Virus record (IMG/VR): IMGVR_UViG_3300046791_000443
Coordinates: 6,648 to 70,647 of that record
Strand: one strand, 5' to 3'
Source of the DNA: a virus
DNA length: 64,000 nt
Positions 36,280 through 44,058 of this stretch are shown here, in pieces. Position numbers and translations under genes: made by a program. The notes under the pieces are model-generated. The model worked only from the letters and a program-made list of their open reading frames with translations, was not told the origin of the DNA and searched no databases. The first letter of the stretch is position 1. Every line of letters starts with the position of its first letter.

Positions 36280-37104
36280 CTACGCAACAACCACGGAGCG
36301 CGGAGCAGGCTGGACAGTCTCTGCCAGATCAGCCGCGGCTGACCAGAGCTTCTTGTTGAAGTCGATGTCGACCGCCAGGCTCTTGATGCCCTGGACCGCG
36401 CGCCAGGCACCCTTGGCGCTGCGGCCCTGGGCGCCACCGCGCGTCATGTTCTCCTGGGCGCGGTTGAAGACGCTCCACAGGTCGGCACCGTTGTCGAGCG
36501 CACGCCGGCTCCACAGCACATGCTGCTCGGGTACCTCGATCGTGGTGCCGCGAAGCTCGAGCGCCTTCATCGCGAAGGCGCGCGTCTGGTCGGGGCTGAG
36601 CTCGATCTTCTGCCACCGCTTGGCCACTTCGACCACGCGCGCGAACTGGCTGGTGATCGACTGCACCGCGCCCAGGAAGTTGCCGGTCAGCTCGCGACCC
36701 GTGTGGCGCACGCTGAAGCGCATGTCGCTGTCCATCACCGTCATGCCGTTCAGGCACACCAGGCGCTTGAGCCCGGCCGACATGTCGGCGCCGCTCGTGC
36801 GATCGTGGCTGTTCCTGAACAGGGCCTGCGGCACGATCATGCCGAGCTCCTTGGTCTGGTTGGCCCAGTCGACGCCGGCCTTCTCGAAGCGGATCTCGTG
36901 CATCGCGTACTCGCGGCCGTCGGGAGCCTTCTTGACGCCCTGGCGGACCTCGACCGGCTGGAAGCCGAGCGAGCGCATCGAGCGCACGACATGGTAGGAG
37001 GGCAGGTAGGCGTAGCGGTCGCTCACCTTGCTCGAGGCGTGCGTGGCAAACACCGAGGGGGCGGCTTGTCTGATCTGGTCGTCTGTCAATCCATCGAAAG
37101 GCAT
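36280..37104 (-). CDS. DUF932/DUF945-family protein
   Basis: APSVFA....S.RY.Y.P, H.IRF, NSHD..S...AG..RLVC.NG, DLWSVFNR.QEN..RGG, N..LW. Confidence 0.88.
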   Translation of the reverse strand: MPFDGLTDDQIRQAAPSVFATHASSKVSDRYAYLPSYHVVRSMRSLGFQPVEVRQGVKKAPDGREYAMHEIRFEKAGVDWANQTKELGMIVPQALFRNSHDRTSGADMSAGLKRLVCLNGMTVMDSDMRFSVRHTGRELTGNFLGAVQSITSQFARVVEVAKRWQKIELSPDQTRAFAMKALELRGTTIEVPEQHVLWSRRALDNGADLWSVFNRAQENMTRGGAQGRSAKGAWRAVQGIKSLAVDIDFNKKLWSAAADLAETVQPAPRSVVVA

Positions 37105-37124
37105 GGTCGTCTCCTTGTGGCAGG

Positions 37125-37376
37125 TTAAGAGTTGTCGTCGTTGTCGGGGTCGTCGTCTTCATCGTTGCAGGGCGGCATCTCGATCTCCTCGATCACCGTG
37201 CCGTCCGCTTCGGTGATGATGACATGACGCCCGAGGTCCACGCGCTGGAACTCGAGCCGCCAATTCTCCAGCCACGCCAGGGCGGCTGCGCGATCGTCGA
37301 ACGTCTCCTCGACGACGCGGATCGGGTCGGCCTCGTCGAACGAGACGACGTAGTCGACGCAGCGCCCGGCGATCAT
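37125..37376 (-). CDS. Acidic hypothetical protein
   Basis: 83-aa ORF, ATGA-coupled. Confidence 0.5.
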   Translation of the reverse strand: MIAGRCVDYVVSFDEADPIRVVEETFDDRAAALAWLENWRLEFQRVDLGRHVIITEADGTVIEEIEMPPCNDEDDDPDNDDNS

Positions 37377-37858
37377 CGTGCCACCTCGAACTTGACCGGC
37401 ATATCAGCCACCTTGTGGGGGCCGATGCGACGCGCCATCAGCACGGCGCCGTAGCCCTGGAGGTACATCCGCGCCATGCGGCCCTCGGGCGAGTTGCCGT
37501 GCTTCTCGAGCTCGGCGCCCTGCTTGGCGATGAAGCCGGCGATCTCGTTGTCGTCGAGCTTGGTGCCCATCAGGTAGGCGTTGGCGTAGGCCATCACCTC
37601 CATGTGCTTGAGCTCGGGTGCCGACACCAGGTCGGCCTGCTCGTGCGTCTCGGCGTGCGAGGCGCCGTCGTCGTAGCCGATGCAATCGTCGACCAGCAGC
37701 TTGTCGTTGAGGTAGACCGCGACGGTGGTGTCGAGCGTGCCGGGGGTGCGACGGCCACGCAGCTCGTAGACACCCTTGCGGCCGTTGACGGCCAGGTAGG
37801 AGGTGCGGTCAGAGAAGGTGGTGAGCGTCCAGATCAGATTGTGCGTTGTCATTTTCAT
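37373..37858 (-). CDS. Early hypothetical protein
   Basis: Preceded by the conserved ACCAACCACGGAG leader. Confidence 0.65.
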   Translation of the reverse strand: MKMTTHNLIWTLTTFSDRTSYLAVNGRKGVYELRGRRTPGTLDTTVAVYLNDKLLVDDCIGYDDGASHAETHEQADLVSAPELKHMEVMAYANAYLMGTKLDDNEIAGFIAKQGAELEKHGNSPEGRMARMYLQGYGAVLMARRIGPHKVADMPVKFEVAR

Positions 37859-37931
37859 CTCCGTGGTTGGTACCGCCGAAGCCCCGCATCAGCTTCTCGG
37901 GGCTGAGCGGGGCGAGGGGGATGCGAGGATC

Positions 37932-38171
37932 TCAGAACGGGATGTCGAGGGCCGGCGCGTCGACCTGGGCATGGATCTGGGCGCGATGATCGAACGGCGA
38001 GGCACCGACCGGCACCACCACCGTGTAGACGTCGTCGCCGCGATCGAGCATGCGGGCGACGGCCAGGGCGCCGTACTGCGTCAGGAAGGCGTAGGGATGA
38101 ACGTGAGCCGAGAAGCCGCTGACCGCGTCGCGGCCGTCGAAGGAAGGAACGATTGAGTAGACGTTGTACAT
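37932..38171 (-). CDS. Early hypothetical protein ending in LDIPF
   Basis: ATG at 38171 directly follows a promoter/leader cassette. Confidence 0.65.
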   Translation of the reverse strand: MYNVYSIVPSFDGRDAVSGFSAHVHPYAFLTQYGALAVARMLDRGDDVYTVVVPVGASPFDHRAQIHAQVDAPALDIPF

Positions 38172-38225
38172 GAGGGTCTCCGTGGTTGGTCCGACTGTAA
38201 TGGCACCGTAACGGCACCGTGTCAA
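38172..38225 (-). promoter_or_regulatory. Early promoter/leader cassette, copy A
   Basis: TTGACA, then CATTAC -10-like box, then ACCAACCACGGAG-N6-ATG. Confidence 0.75.
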
Positions 38226-38301
38226 CAGCCCTGGATCAACAATCGTCCTGGGGATAGAAACAGCCCTCGCCGCGTACCCCGTAGAACAGGAGGTCCGTCC
38301 C

Positions 38302-38580
38302 ATGATCGGTTGCTTGCTTCTCGCGTTCGCGCTCTGCGCCCCGCCCGGCTACGCTGGCCCGGCCTATGGCTACGGCCAGGGCTATGCCTATTCCCAGGGC
38401 TACAGCCAGGCCTACAGCCAGGCCTACGTCGTCCAGGCGCCCCCGCCCCAGGTGGTCTACGTCCAGGCCCAGCCGGTCTACTACGCCCCGCCGATCGCCT
38501 ATCCAGGCATCAACGTGAACCTGGGCGGCTGGAACCGGAGCACCTGGGGTGGCCAGGGCTACTACCGCGGCCGCCACTAG
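38302..38580 (+). CDS. Exported Tyr/Pro/Gln/Gly-rich protein
   Basis: AGGAGG Shine-Dalgarno, hydrophobic N-terminus, YSQ repeats; opposite strand to its neighbours. Confidence 0.6.
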   Translation: MIGCLLLAFALCAPPGYAGPAYGYGQGYAYSQGYSQAYSQAYVVQAPPPQVVYVQAQPVYYAPPIAYPGINVNLGGWNRSTWGGQGYYRGRH

Positions 38581-38786
38581 CCCCAGGCGACCCACAGCAG
38601 CCCCAGGGCGGCCAGGAGCGGCGGACCCAGCCACGCCAGCAGCAGGACGGCCCAGGCCATCCAGAGGGGCGGAAACAGGCCCCGGCGGCCGCCTCCAGGC
38701 GGCTCCCAGTCCTGCCACAGGATCATGTTCTCGGTCTCGGCCACCTTGACCTGGTAGTCGCCGTCCAGGGGCCGCTGCCGGCGCAT
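38577..38786 (-). CDS. Small membrane protein
   Basis: Hydrophobic C-terminal half. Confidence 0.4.
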   Translation of the reverse strand: MRRQRPLDGDYQVKVAETENMILWQDWEPPGGGRRGLFPPLWMAWAVLLLAWLGPPLLAALGLLWVAWG

Positions 38787-38787
38787 G

Positions 38788-38961
38788 TCAGCGCGTCAGC
38801 ATGGCCAGGGCGAAGGCGCCACCCGAAAGAATGGCCACGGCTGAAATGGCCAGGATCATCTCGAGCAGGATCCTGCCGGGGCTCTTGCCCGGCCCGTCGA
38901 TCGGCTGAACGATCGCCCCCGTCGCGATCATCATCTTCCAGGGCGTGTCGCTGTCTTTCAT
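38788..38961 (-). CDS. Small membrane protein
   Basis: MKDSDTPWK..., C-terminal hydrophobic helix, ATGA overlap. Confidence 0.45.
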   Translation of the reverse strand: MKDSDTPWKMMIATGAIVQPIDGPGKSPGRILLEMILAISAVAILSGGAFALAMLTR

Positions 38962-39176
38962 AGCTCGATCCTTTCCGCTCGGTTGAGCTCGTCGCAGGCG
39001 CGCTGCAGGGCCTCGTCCTGCCACTCCTCCCACGGCATCATCTCGTCGTTGAACGTGCGGATCCAGGTCGTGCCGCAGAAGAGGTGCCGCTTGTTGCGGT
39101 CCTCGCCGTGCGGGAACGACAGCAGGCTCGTGGTGAGGTACCAGCCGCGTCCGAGAAGATAGCCGCTGATGGTCAT
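38958..39176 (-). CDS. Hypothetical protein
   Basis: MTISGYLL..., coupled on both sides. Confidence 0.45.
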   Translation of the reverse strand: MTISGYLLGRGWYLTTSLLSFPHGEDRNKRHLFCGTTWIRTFNDEMMPWEEWQDEALQRACDELNRAERIEL

Positions 39177-39345
39177 GTCACGAGCCTCTGCAGGATGCCC
39201 TGGAGCAGGGCGAGCTTGATCGTCACCGCGTCGACCGCCCTGGGGTCGAACGCCTCCGGGTGGTCGAGGACGAGACCGGACATCGTGATCTCGGCCTCGA
39301 CCGCCTGGGTGAGGAAGTCGGCCTCGAGCTCGGTGAGCTCGAGCG

Positions 39346-39588
39346 TCACCCCGACACCCCGAAGAAGTCATGCGGGTTGGGCGCGCAGGCGACCGGCCCA
39401 ACATCCTCGTGCCAGGTGTACGACACCGGGTCGTCGCACTCCACGACGCGCGTCTCGCGCACCAGGGTCCAGCGCCGCGCCAGGTCGCGGACGTAGGCCT
39501 CGGCGTTCGCCCTGGTATCGAAGCGCAGCAGGTTGGCGGCCCAGGTGCCGCTGCTGTCGGCAATCACTTCAGCTTTGAAAGACGTCAC
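39346..39588 (-). CDS. Hypothetical protein
   Basis: GTG start with GAGGAG Shine-Dalgarno; SFKAEVIADSSGTWA.N.LRF.T..AE.Y..DL..RW. Confidence 0.55.
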   Translation of the reverse strand: MTSFKAEVIADSSGTWAANLLRFDTRANAEAYVRDLARRWTLVRETRVVECDDPVSYTWHEDVGPVACAPNPHDFFGVSG

Positions 39589-39812
39589 GGTCGTGCTCCT
39601 CTGTTGATTGGCGGTCGATGCTGGAATTGTCTGAGTTGCGTCACGGCATTGGCGAAGCCGCAGGCCGGTCGGAGATTGGATCCGGTGATCACCGTCATCC
39701 CGCCTGGCGCCAGCCACTTCAGGTGACCGCGCCTCGTCTTGCCGGCGAACTGGTAGCCGAGATCCTCTGCTATTCGACCGATGTCCCTCGCGTGCTGCTT
39801 TCGACTGACCAT
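39585..39812 (-). CDS. Small basic protein, weak HicA-like pattern
   Basis: A..LGY....TRRGHLKW..PGG..V.T. Confidence 0.45.
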   Translation of the reverse strand: MVSRKQHARDIGRIAEDLGYQFAGKTRRGHLKWLAPGGMTVITGSNLRPACGFANAVTQLRQFQHRPPINRGARP

Positions 39813-39899
39813 GCTGGCTCCGTTGCGGCTGGTGGCGGTCGCACTGACCGCGGGCGTAGAGCGCGCATGTCCACCAGCCAGGGCAGGCGCACGGTCTCA

Positions 39900-40178
39900 T
39901 CAGTGACATCCAGGACGCGCCGACATCTGTTCGAAGATGTCGTCGTAGATCAGCTGCAGCTCGGCCTTGACGAGCTCGAGCCTGGCCAGGCGCTGGCGGT
40001 GCTCGTGCATCGCCACCGAGCTGGCGCTGTCGTTGATCGTGTAGTAGTCGCGACCATGCACAGAGATCTCGCGGATCGCAGCGATCGCTATCTCGAGCAC
40101 GGTGATGGCGGCGCCGTACTGCTCGGCCAGGTCGCGGCCGTCGGTGCCATTGAGGTGGATCCGGGGGAACTGGGTCAT
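39900..40178 (-). CDS. Hypothetical protein
   Basis: P.IHLNGT....L...Y...HGRDYY; GGAGG Shine-Dalgarno. Confidence 0.6.
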   Translation of the reverse strand: MTQFPRIHLNGTDGRDLAEQYGAAITVLEIAIAAIREISVHGRDYYTINDSASSVAMHEHRQRLARLELVKAELQLIYDDIFEQMSARPGCH

Positions 40179-40492
40179 CGCGCGGCCCTCCGCGCGATGA
40201 TGCCCCAGGCGGCCATGCTGATCTTGGCCTTGGTGCCGTCGAGGCTGCACAGCTTGCACCACTTGCGGCCCTCGCGGACCCACACCAGGCGCTGCCCGCT
40301 GCCGATCGGCGCCGCCTCGTCCAGGAGGAAGACGTTGACGAGCTCGGCCGTCGCCCAGGTCTCGCCCTCGGGGCGATGGATGGGGCGCTTGCGCCACCGC
40401 TTGCGCCTGGGCGCCGTGTTGGCGATCAGCAGCTGCACCGGCTGGCCGGTGCGCTCGCGGCGCAGGAAGTCGGGGATGTCGAGCGTGTCCAT
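40175..40492 (-). CDS. Hypothetical protein beginning MDTLDIPDFLRR
   Basis: TGATG-coupled to the upstream gene; W.REGRKW motif. Confidence 0.6.
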   Translation of the reverse strand: MDTLDIPDFLRRERTGQPVQLLIANTAPRRKRWRKRPIHRPEGETWATAELVNVFLLDEAAPIGSGQRLVWVREGRKWCKLCSLDGTKAKISMAAWGIIARRAAR

Positions 40493-40797
40493 CACCACAC
40501 CCCCAGCGTCTCGAGGACGTTGCGATCGCGATCGAGCTTGCGCAGCTCGGGATGCGCGTCGCAGTACGTCTTGACCTCCTCGAAGATCGCCTTCTCTTCG
40601 ACCGAGGCCATCATCATCATCATGATGCTGACCTTGTACGGGTTGATGCTGAGCATCGCGCCGTGCCAGGCCGCGTTGGCCTTGGGATCCTTGGCGTAGC
40701 TCGGCGCCTTGGCCAGGAAGTGGCCGACCCGCTTGCCGCGGCTGATCAGGCACATGTTGAAGGCCTTGCGGGCCTCGAGAGATAGCGTTGCTGTCAT
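40492..40797 (-). CDS. Early hypothetical protein
   Basis: Directly follows promoter cassette B. Confidence 0.7.
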   Translation of the reverse strand: MTATLSLEARKAFNMCLISRGKRVGHFLAKAPSYAKDPKANAAWHGAMLSINPYKVSIMMMMMASVEEKAIFEEVKTYCDAHPELRKLDRDRNVLETLGVW

Positions 40798-40852
40798 TTC
40801 AGTCTCCGTGGTTGGTGGGGTGAGAGTGGGGCCCCTACGGCCCCACTGTCAA
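40798..40852 (-). promoter_or_regulatory. Early promoter/leader cassette, copy B
   Basis: TTGACA-GTGGGGCC-GTAGG-GGCCCCAC...ACCAACCACGGAGACTGAA-ATG. Confidence 0.8.
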
Positions 40853-40861
40853 CTGTTGATT

Positions 40862-41827
40862 TCAGAACGCGACCCGCTCGAACTTGAGGCCGGGGCGGTT
40901 GATGCGGCCGGCGCACACCGGACCGATGCCGGCATCGACGCTGTCCTGGTTCTCGAGGTGGCGGCCGCACACCGAGCACGAGCTCGTGACCTGGGCGTAG
41001 GCGATCGCCGCTGCCATCGGGTCGGCTGCGATCAGCAGGATGCGGGCGATCACCGCCGGGTTGACGTCGCGGCCAGGGCGGAAGGCGCCCTGGTTGATGC
41101 GGCCGTACTTGGCGGTGCCGTAGCCGCCCTCCGAGATCCAGATCAGGGTCGGGTCGTTGCGGTCGACCTGGAAGTGGATGCCCTCGAAGCGCAGCGTGAA
41201 ACGCTTCAGGCCGGCTTCCTGGGCGCGCTGGAAGGCATCGACGATCCTGGAGACGTCCATGGCCGGCGCGGCCGGGGCGGCCACCACAGGGGCCTGGATG
41301 GCCTTCTGGGCGCGGTCCTGGGCCCAGGCGGCGTCACGGGCCATGCCGCGATCGACCACGCCCTGGCGGCCCTCGGAGAGGATCCGACCGGCCTCGAGGG
41401 CCTCCAGGCAGCTGCGCAGGATGTCAGCGAAGGTCGCCGGCAGCTTGTCGCCGCGGGCCAGGGTCTTGCGGATCCAGGCGATCTGCGGGGCGGCCTCCTC
41501 GCGGATGGCGGCCTTCTGCTCCTGGCGGCGCTCCTTGGCGCGCTCGAGCTGGGCCGGGGCGGTCTTGCGCTCGAGGGCGCCCTTGCCCTTGCAGCTGAAG
41601 CAGGGGCCGCAGTCGCGGCCGCTGTAGCTGATGAAGCGGCCGGTGCCGCGGCACTTGGTGCAGGCGATCCTGAAGGCCTTGGCGGCCGGCACCAGGCCGG
41701 TGCCCTGGGCGCGGATGCGGGCGAAGGCCTCGTCCTGGGGGAGGCTCTTGGGGGTCTCGGATATCTCGCCGCCGAAGAGATCAGAGAGGTCGTCGCCGTT
41801 GTTGAAGTCGATCGGTTGCTTGGTCAT
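40862..41827 (-). CDS. Zinc-finger protein with DnaJ-type CxxCxGxG repeats and a C-terminal DUF6011-like domain
   Basis: CTKCRGTG, CFSCKGKG, CSVCGR.L....S...GIGPVC. Confidence 0.8.
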   Translation of the reverse strand: MTKQPIDFNNGDDLSDLFGGEISETPKSLPQDEAFARIRAQGTGLVPAAKAFRIACTKCRGTGRFISYSGRDCGPCFSCKGKGALERKTAPAQLERAKERRQEQKAAIREEAAPQIAWIRKTLARGDKLPATFADILRSCLEALEAGRILSEGRQGVVDRGMARDAAWAQDRAQKAIQAPVVAAPAAPAMDVSRIVDAFQRAQEAGLKRFTLRFEGIHFQVDRNDPTLIWISEGGYGTAKYGRINQGAFRPGRDVNPAVIARILLIAADPMAAAIAYAQVTSSCSVCGRHLENQDSVDAGIGPVCAGRINRPGLKFERVAF

Positions 41828-41908
41828 TTCAGTCTCCGTGGTTGGAGAAATGATAATGGGGCCATTAAGGCCCCATCGTCAACCCCTCCCTGGGGATTAT
41901 TTTCAGCC
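41828..41908 (-). promoter_or_regulatory. Early promoter/leader cassette, copy C
   Basis: GGCTGAAAATAATCCCC...TTGACG-ATGGGGCC-TTAAT-GGCCCCAT-TAT...CCAACCACGGAGACTGAA-ATG. Confidence 0.8.
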
Positions 41909-42265
41909 GCGGACGGCCTTGAGGCCGAAGCCCGAGAAGGCCTCGAGCATCTCGTCGGTCACCTTGGGCGCCGACAGGTTGGTCACCGGGAAGATGCCCA
42001 GGACGACGGCGCTGTGGTCCCAGTCGTAGTTGCCGGCGGCGGCGTTGCGGGCCGCCTGCTCGCTGCCGTGCCAGGTCACCGCGAAGCCGCGGTCCTTGGC
42101 CCACCGGCCCTGGACGCCGCCGTAGGTCTTGCAGCCCTTGGCGGTGTGGTTCTGGAAGGCCTCCAGGGCGCGCGGGCAGCTGCGCACGACAGCGTGGGTG
42201 TAGGCCCTGGTGGCCTTGCGGGTGAACTCGCCGTGCGGGGTCGAGATCTTCAGGTTGAAGGTCAT
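41903..42265 (-). CDS. Early hypothetical protein
   Basis: MTFNLKISTPHGEFTRK.TR.YTHAVV; GGAG Shine-Dalgarno. Confidence 0.65.
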   Translation of the reverse strand: MTFNLKISTPHGEFTRKATRAYTHAVVRSCPRALEAFQNHTAKGCKTYGGVQGRWAKDRGFAVTWHGSEQAARNAAAGNYDWDHSAVVLGIFPVTNLSAPKVTDEMLEAFSGFGLKAVRG

Positions 42266-42266
42266 G

Positions 42267-42470
42267 TCAGGCTCCGATCTTCTTGAGGGCGCCGCGCAGC
42301 TCGTCGGCGGCGTTGCTGACGTCGAGCAGCTTCTGGATGCGGGCGAACTCGGCACCCATGCCGTGCGCCCGGTCGGCCTGCTCGTTGTAGTGCTGGCTGG
42401 CCTTGAACAGGCCGAAGGTGATGAGGGCCAGGTCGTCCTTGCTGACTTCGATGGTGATCTTGTCGGTCAT
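42267..42470 (-). CDS. Early hypothetical protein
   Basis: Directly follows promoter cassette D. Confidence 0.65.
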   Translation of the reverse strand: MTDKITIEVSKDDLALITFGLFKASQHYNEQADRAHGMGAEFARIQKLLDVSNAADELRGALKKIGA

Positions 42471-42551
42471 TTCAGTCTCCGTGGTTGGTGAAATGATAAT
42501 GGGGCCGTTACGGCCCCACTGTCAACACCCCCTTGGGGATTATTTTCAGCC
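42471..42551 (-). promoter_or_regulatory. Early promoter/leader cassette, copy D
   Basis: GGCTGAAAATAATCCCC...TTGACA-G-TGGGGCCG-TAA-CGGCCCCA-TTAT...ACCAACCACGGAGACTGAA-ATG. Confidence 0.8.
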
Positions 42552-42746
42552 CTACGCACCTGCCCTGGTCGCGGCGTCGATCGCCACGATCCGTGTCTCG
42601 ATGACACGCCAGCGGCCCTTCAGCTTGCGTGCCTCGCGCATCGCGTCGGCACGGCTCTCGTAGGTCGAGTAGGACGTCACGACGTCCCACTTCTCGGTCC
42701 GCGGATCCTGGAAGATCTGCTGCAGCTCAAACACGCTCCCGCTCAT
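42552..42746 (-). CDS. Early hypothetical protein
   Basis: 64 aa, GAGGA Shine-Dalgarno. Confidence 0.55.
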   Translation of the reverse strand: MSGSVFELQQIFQDPRTEKWDVVTSYSTYESRADAMREARKLKGRWRVIETRIVAIDAATRAGA

Positions 42747-42749
42747 TGG

Positions 42750-42977
42750 TCAGTCCTCGTTGGGGTTGGTTGTGATCATGCGCTCGACGATGCGGCCGGC
42801 GAGGCCCTTGAAGGGCGCCGCGTAGATGCTGCGGAAGCGATCGTCGCGGGCGATGAAGTCGTTGCCGCTCTTGCGTCGGTAGACCTCACCGATCAGCTGC
42901 CCGTCGGCGTAGACGAAGCGGCTGGTGCTGTGGTGGAGGCCGAAGTGGCCGATGCGGGAGCCGAAGGTGATGTTCAT
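42750..42977 (-). CDS. Early hypothetical protein
   Basis: 75 aa, GAGGA Shine-Dalgarno, ends MITTNPNED. Confidence 0.55.
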   Translation of the reverse strand: MNITFGSRIGHFGLHHSTSRFVYADGQLIGEVYRRKSGNDFIARDDRFRSIYAAPFKGLAGRIVERMITTNPNED

Positions 42978-42980
42978 GGC

Positions 42981-43181
42981 TCAATCCTCGTTGGGGTCGG
43001 TTTCGATCATGCCGACGCCGATCGGCAGCTTCAGCTTCCTGGCGTTGCGCCGGAACCACGCCTGGGCGGCGCGCTCGGCTTCCGGGTAGGTGGCGAAGGC
43101 GCGCAGGCTGCCGTCGGGGAATGCGACCATCCAGTCGCCGTCCAGCTTGCAGATGTGTGAGCGGCCCTGGTTGGGGATCAT
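42981..43181 (-). CDS. Early hypothetical protein
   Basis: 66 aa, GGAGG Shine-Dalgarno, ends MIETDPNED. Confidence 0.55.
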   Translation of the reverse strand: MIPNQGRSHICKLDGDWMVAFPDGSLRAFATYPEAERAAQAWFRRNARKLKLPIGVGMIETDPNED

Positions 43182-43184
43182 GGC

Positions 43185-43484
43185 TCAGCCTCCCGTGATC
43201 GCGGCGAACAGGGCCCGCCGGTCGCGTTCCGCCTTGGAGAAGGCGATCTGAACGTGGAGGCTGGGCTTGCGCACGGCGTGCCACCTGGGGCCGAAGGTGG
43301 CCTGGTAGCGGCCACCGATCTGGCGGCGGATGATCTTGGTGTAGCCTGCGACCAGGCGCTGGACGCCCGCGACCATGAGGCGGTCGGAGACGACCCGGCC
43401 GGCACCGAAGCCGATCATGTCGCCCGGCAGGGTGACGCGGCTGGCACGGTACTGGGTGCCCTTGTGGGTGATCTCGATGTTCAT
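43185..43484 (-). CDS. Early hypothetical basic protein
   Basis: Start MNIEITHK follows the upstream stop closely. Confidence 0.5.
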   Translation of the reverse strand: MNIEITHKGTQYRASRVTLPGDMIGFGAGRVVSDRLMVAGVQRLVAGYTKIIRRQIGGRYQATFGPRWHAVRKPSLHVQIAFSKAERDRRALFAAITGG

Positions 43485-43486
43485 GT

Positions 43487-43777
43487 TCAGCCCTCGACCA
43501 GAGACCGGGCATAGCCCGTGATGATGGCGACGTTCGCGAGCCGCACCCGCACCCGATGCTCGATCTCGACCAGCAGCTTCTTCTGCACCCAGCCACTGAC
43601 GTTGACCCGCGGCAGCCAGGTGCCCTCGACAGGCACGAAACTCAGGTTCTTCCGGTACTCCCGGCCCTGGAAGTGGTCGCTGTGCTCCCGGATCTCTCCG
43701 ATCAGCAGGCCGTTCATGTAGACGTACCGCTTGGGGCCGAGCGCCCGGTCGTTGATCTTGGTGGTGAGGTTCAGCAT
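43487..43777 (-). CDS. Early hypothetical protein
   Basis: Directly follows promoter cassette E. Confidence 0.6.
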   Translation of the reverse strand: MLNLTTKINDRALGPKRYVYMNGLLIGEIREHSDHFQGREYRKNLSFVPVEGTWLPRVNVSGWVQKKLLVEIEHRVRVRLANVAIITGYARSLVEG

Positions 43778-43832
43778 TGGTGTCTCCGTGGTTGGTCCGA
43801 AGATAATGATGCATTAACGGCACCAGTGTCAA
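43778..43832 (-). promoter_or_regulatory. Early promoter/leader cassette, copy E
   Basis: TTGACA-N18-CATTAT...ACCAACCACGGAGACACCA-ATG. Confidence 0.75.
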
Positions 43833-44058
43833 CAGCCCCGGCAAACTAATTCACATGAATTTTACTGCCCGCCCCACGGCCCGAAAGTGACCGATCCTGG
43901 ATGCCCCCGTGCAAGCCTGGATAACAGTGGACACTGGGGAGAATTAGCTTTCCTAATGTCCCGCGAGCAACTTAGTGGAGGCGTATTGACACACTGTCCC
44001 ACGAGGGCAGATGCTTCCTGTCCCGCGAATATCGCGCGGGGTAACGAGGAGAACAGCA

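Noticed and set aside
36286-36298. Plus-strand AACCACGGAG resembling the early leader
   Set aside because: Partial match in the opposite orientation inside the DUF932 coding end, with no promoter or downstream start
42750-43010. Shared C-termini MITTNPNED and MIETDPNED as a protein motif
   Set aside because: More simply explained by a duplicated ribosome-binding leader (ACCCCAACGAGGA) for the next gene
37859-43832. Repeated cassettes as a CRISPR array or integron attC array
   Set aside because: Spacing is irregular (0.3-2.6 kb), each copy ends in a Shine-Dalgarno and start codon, and no integron integrase is present
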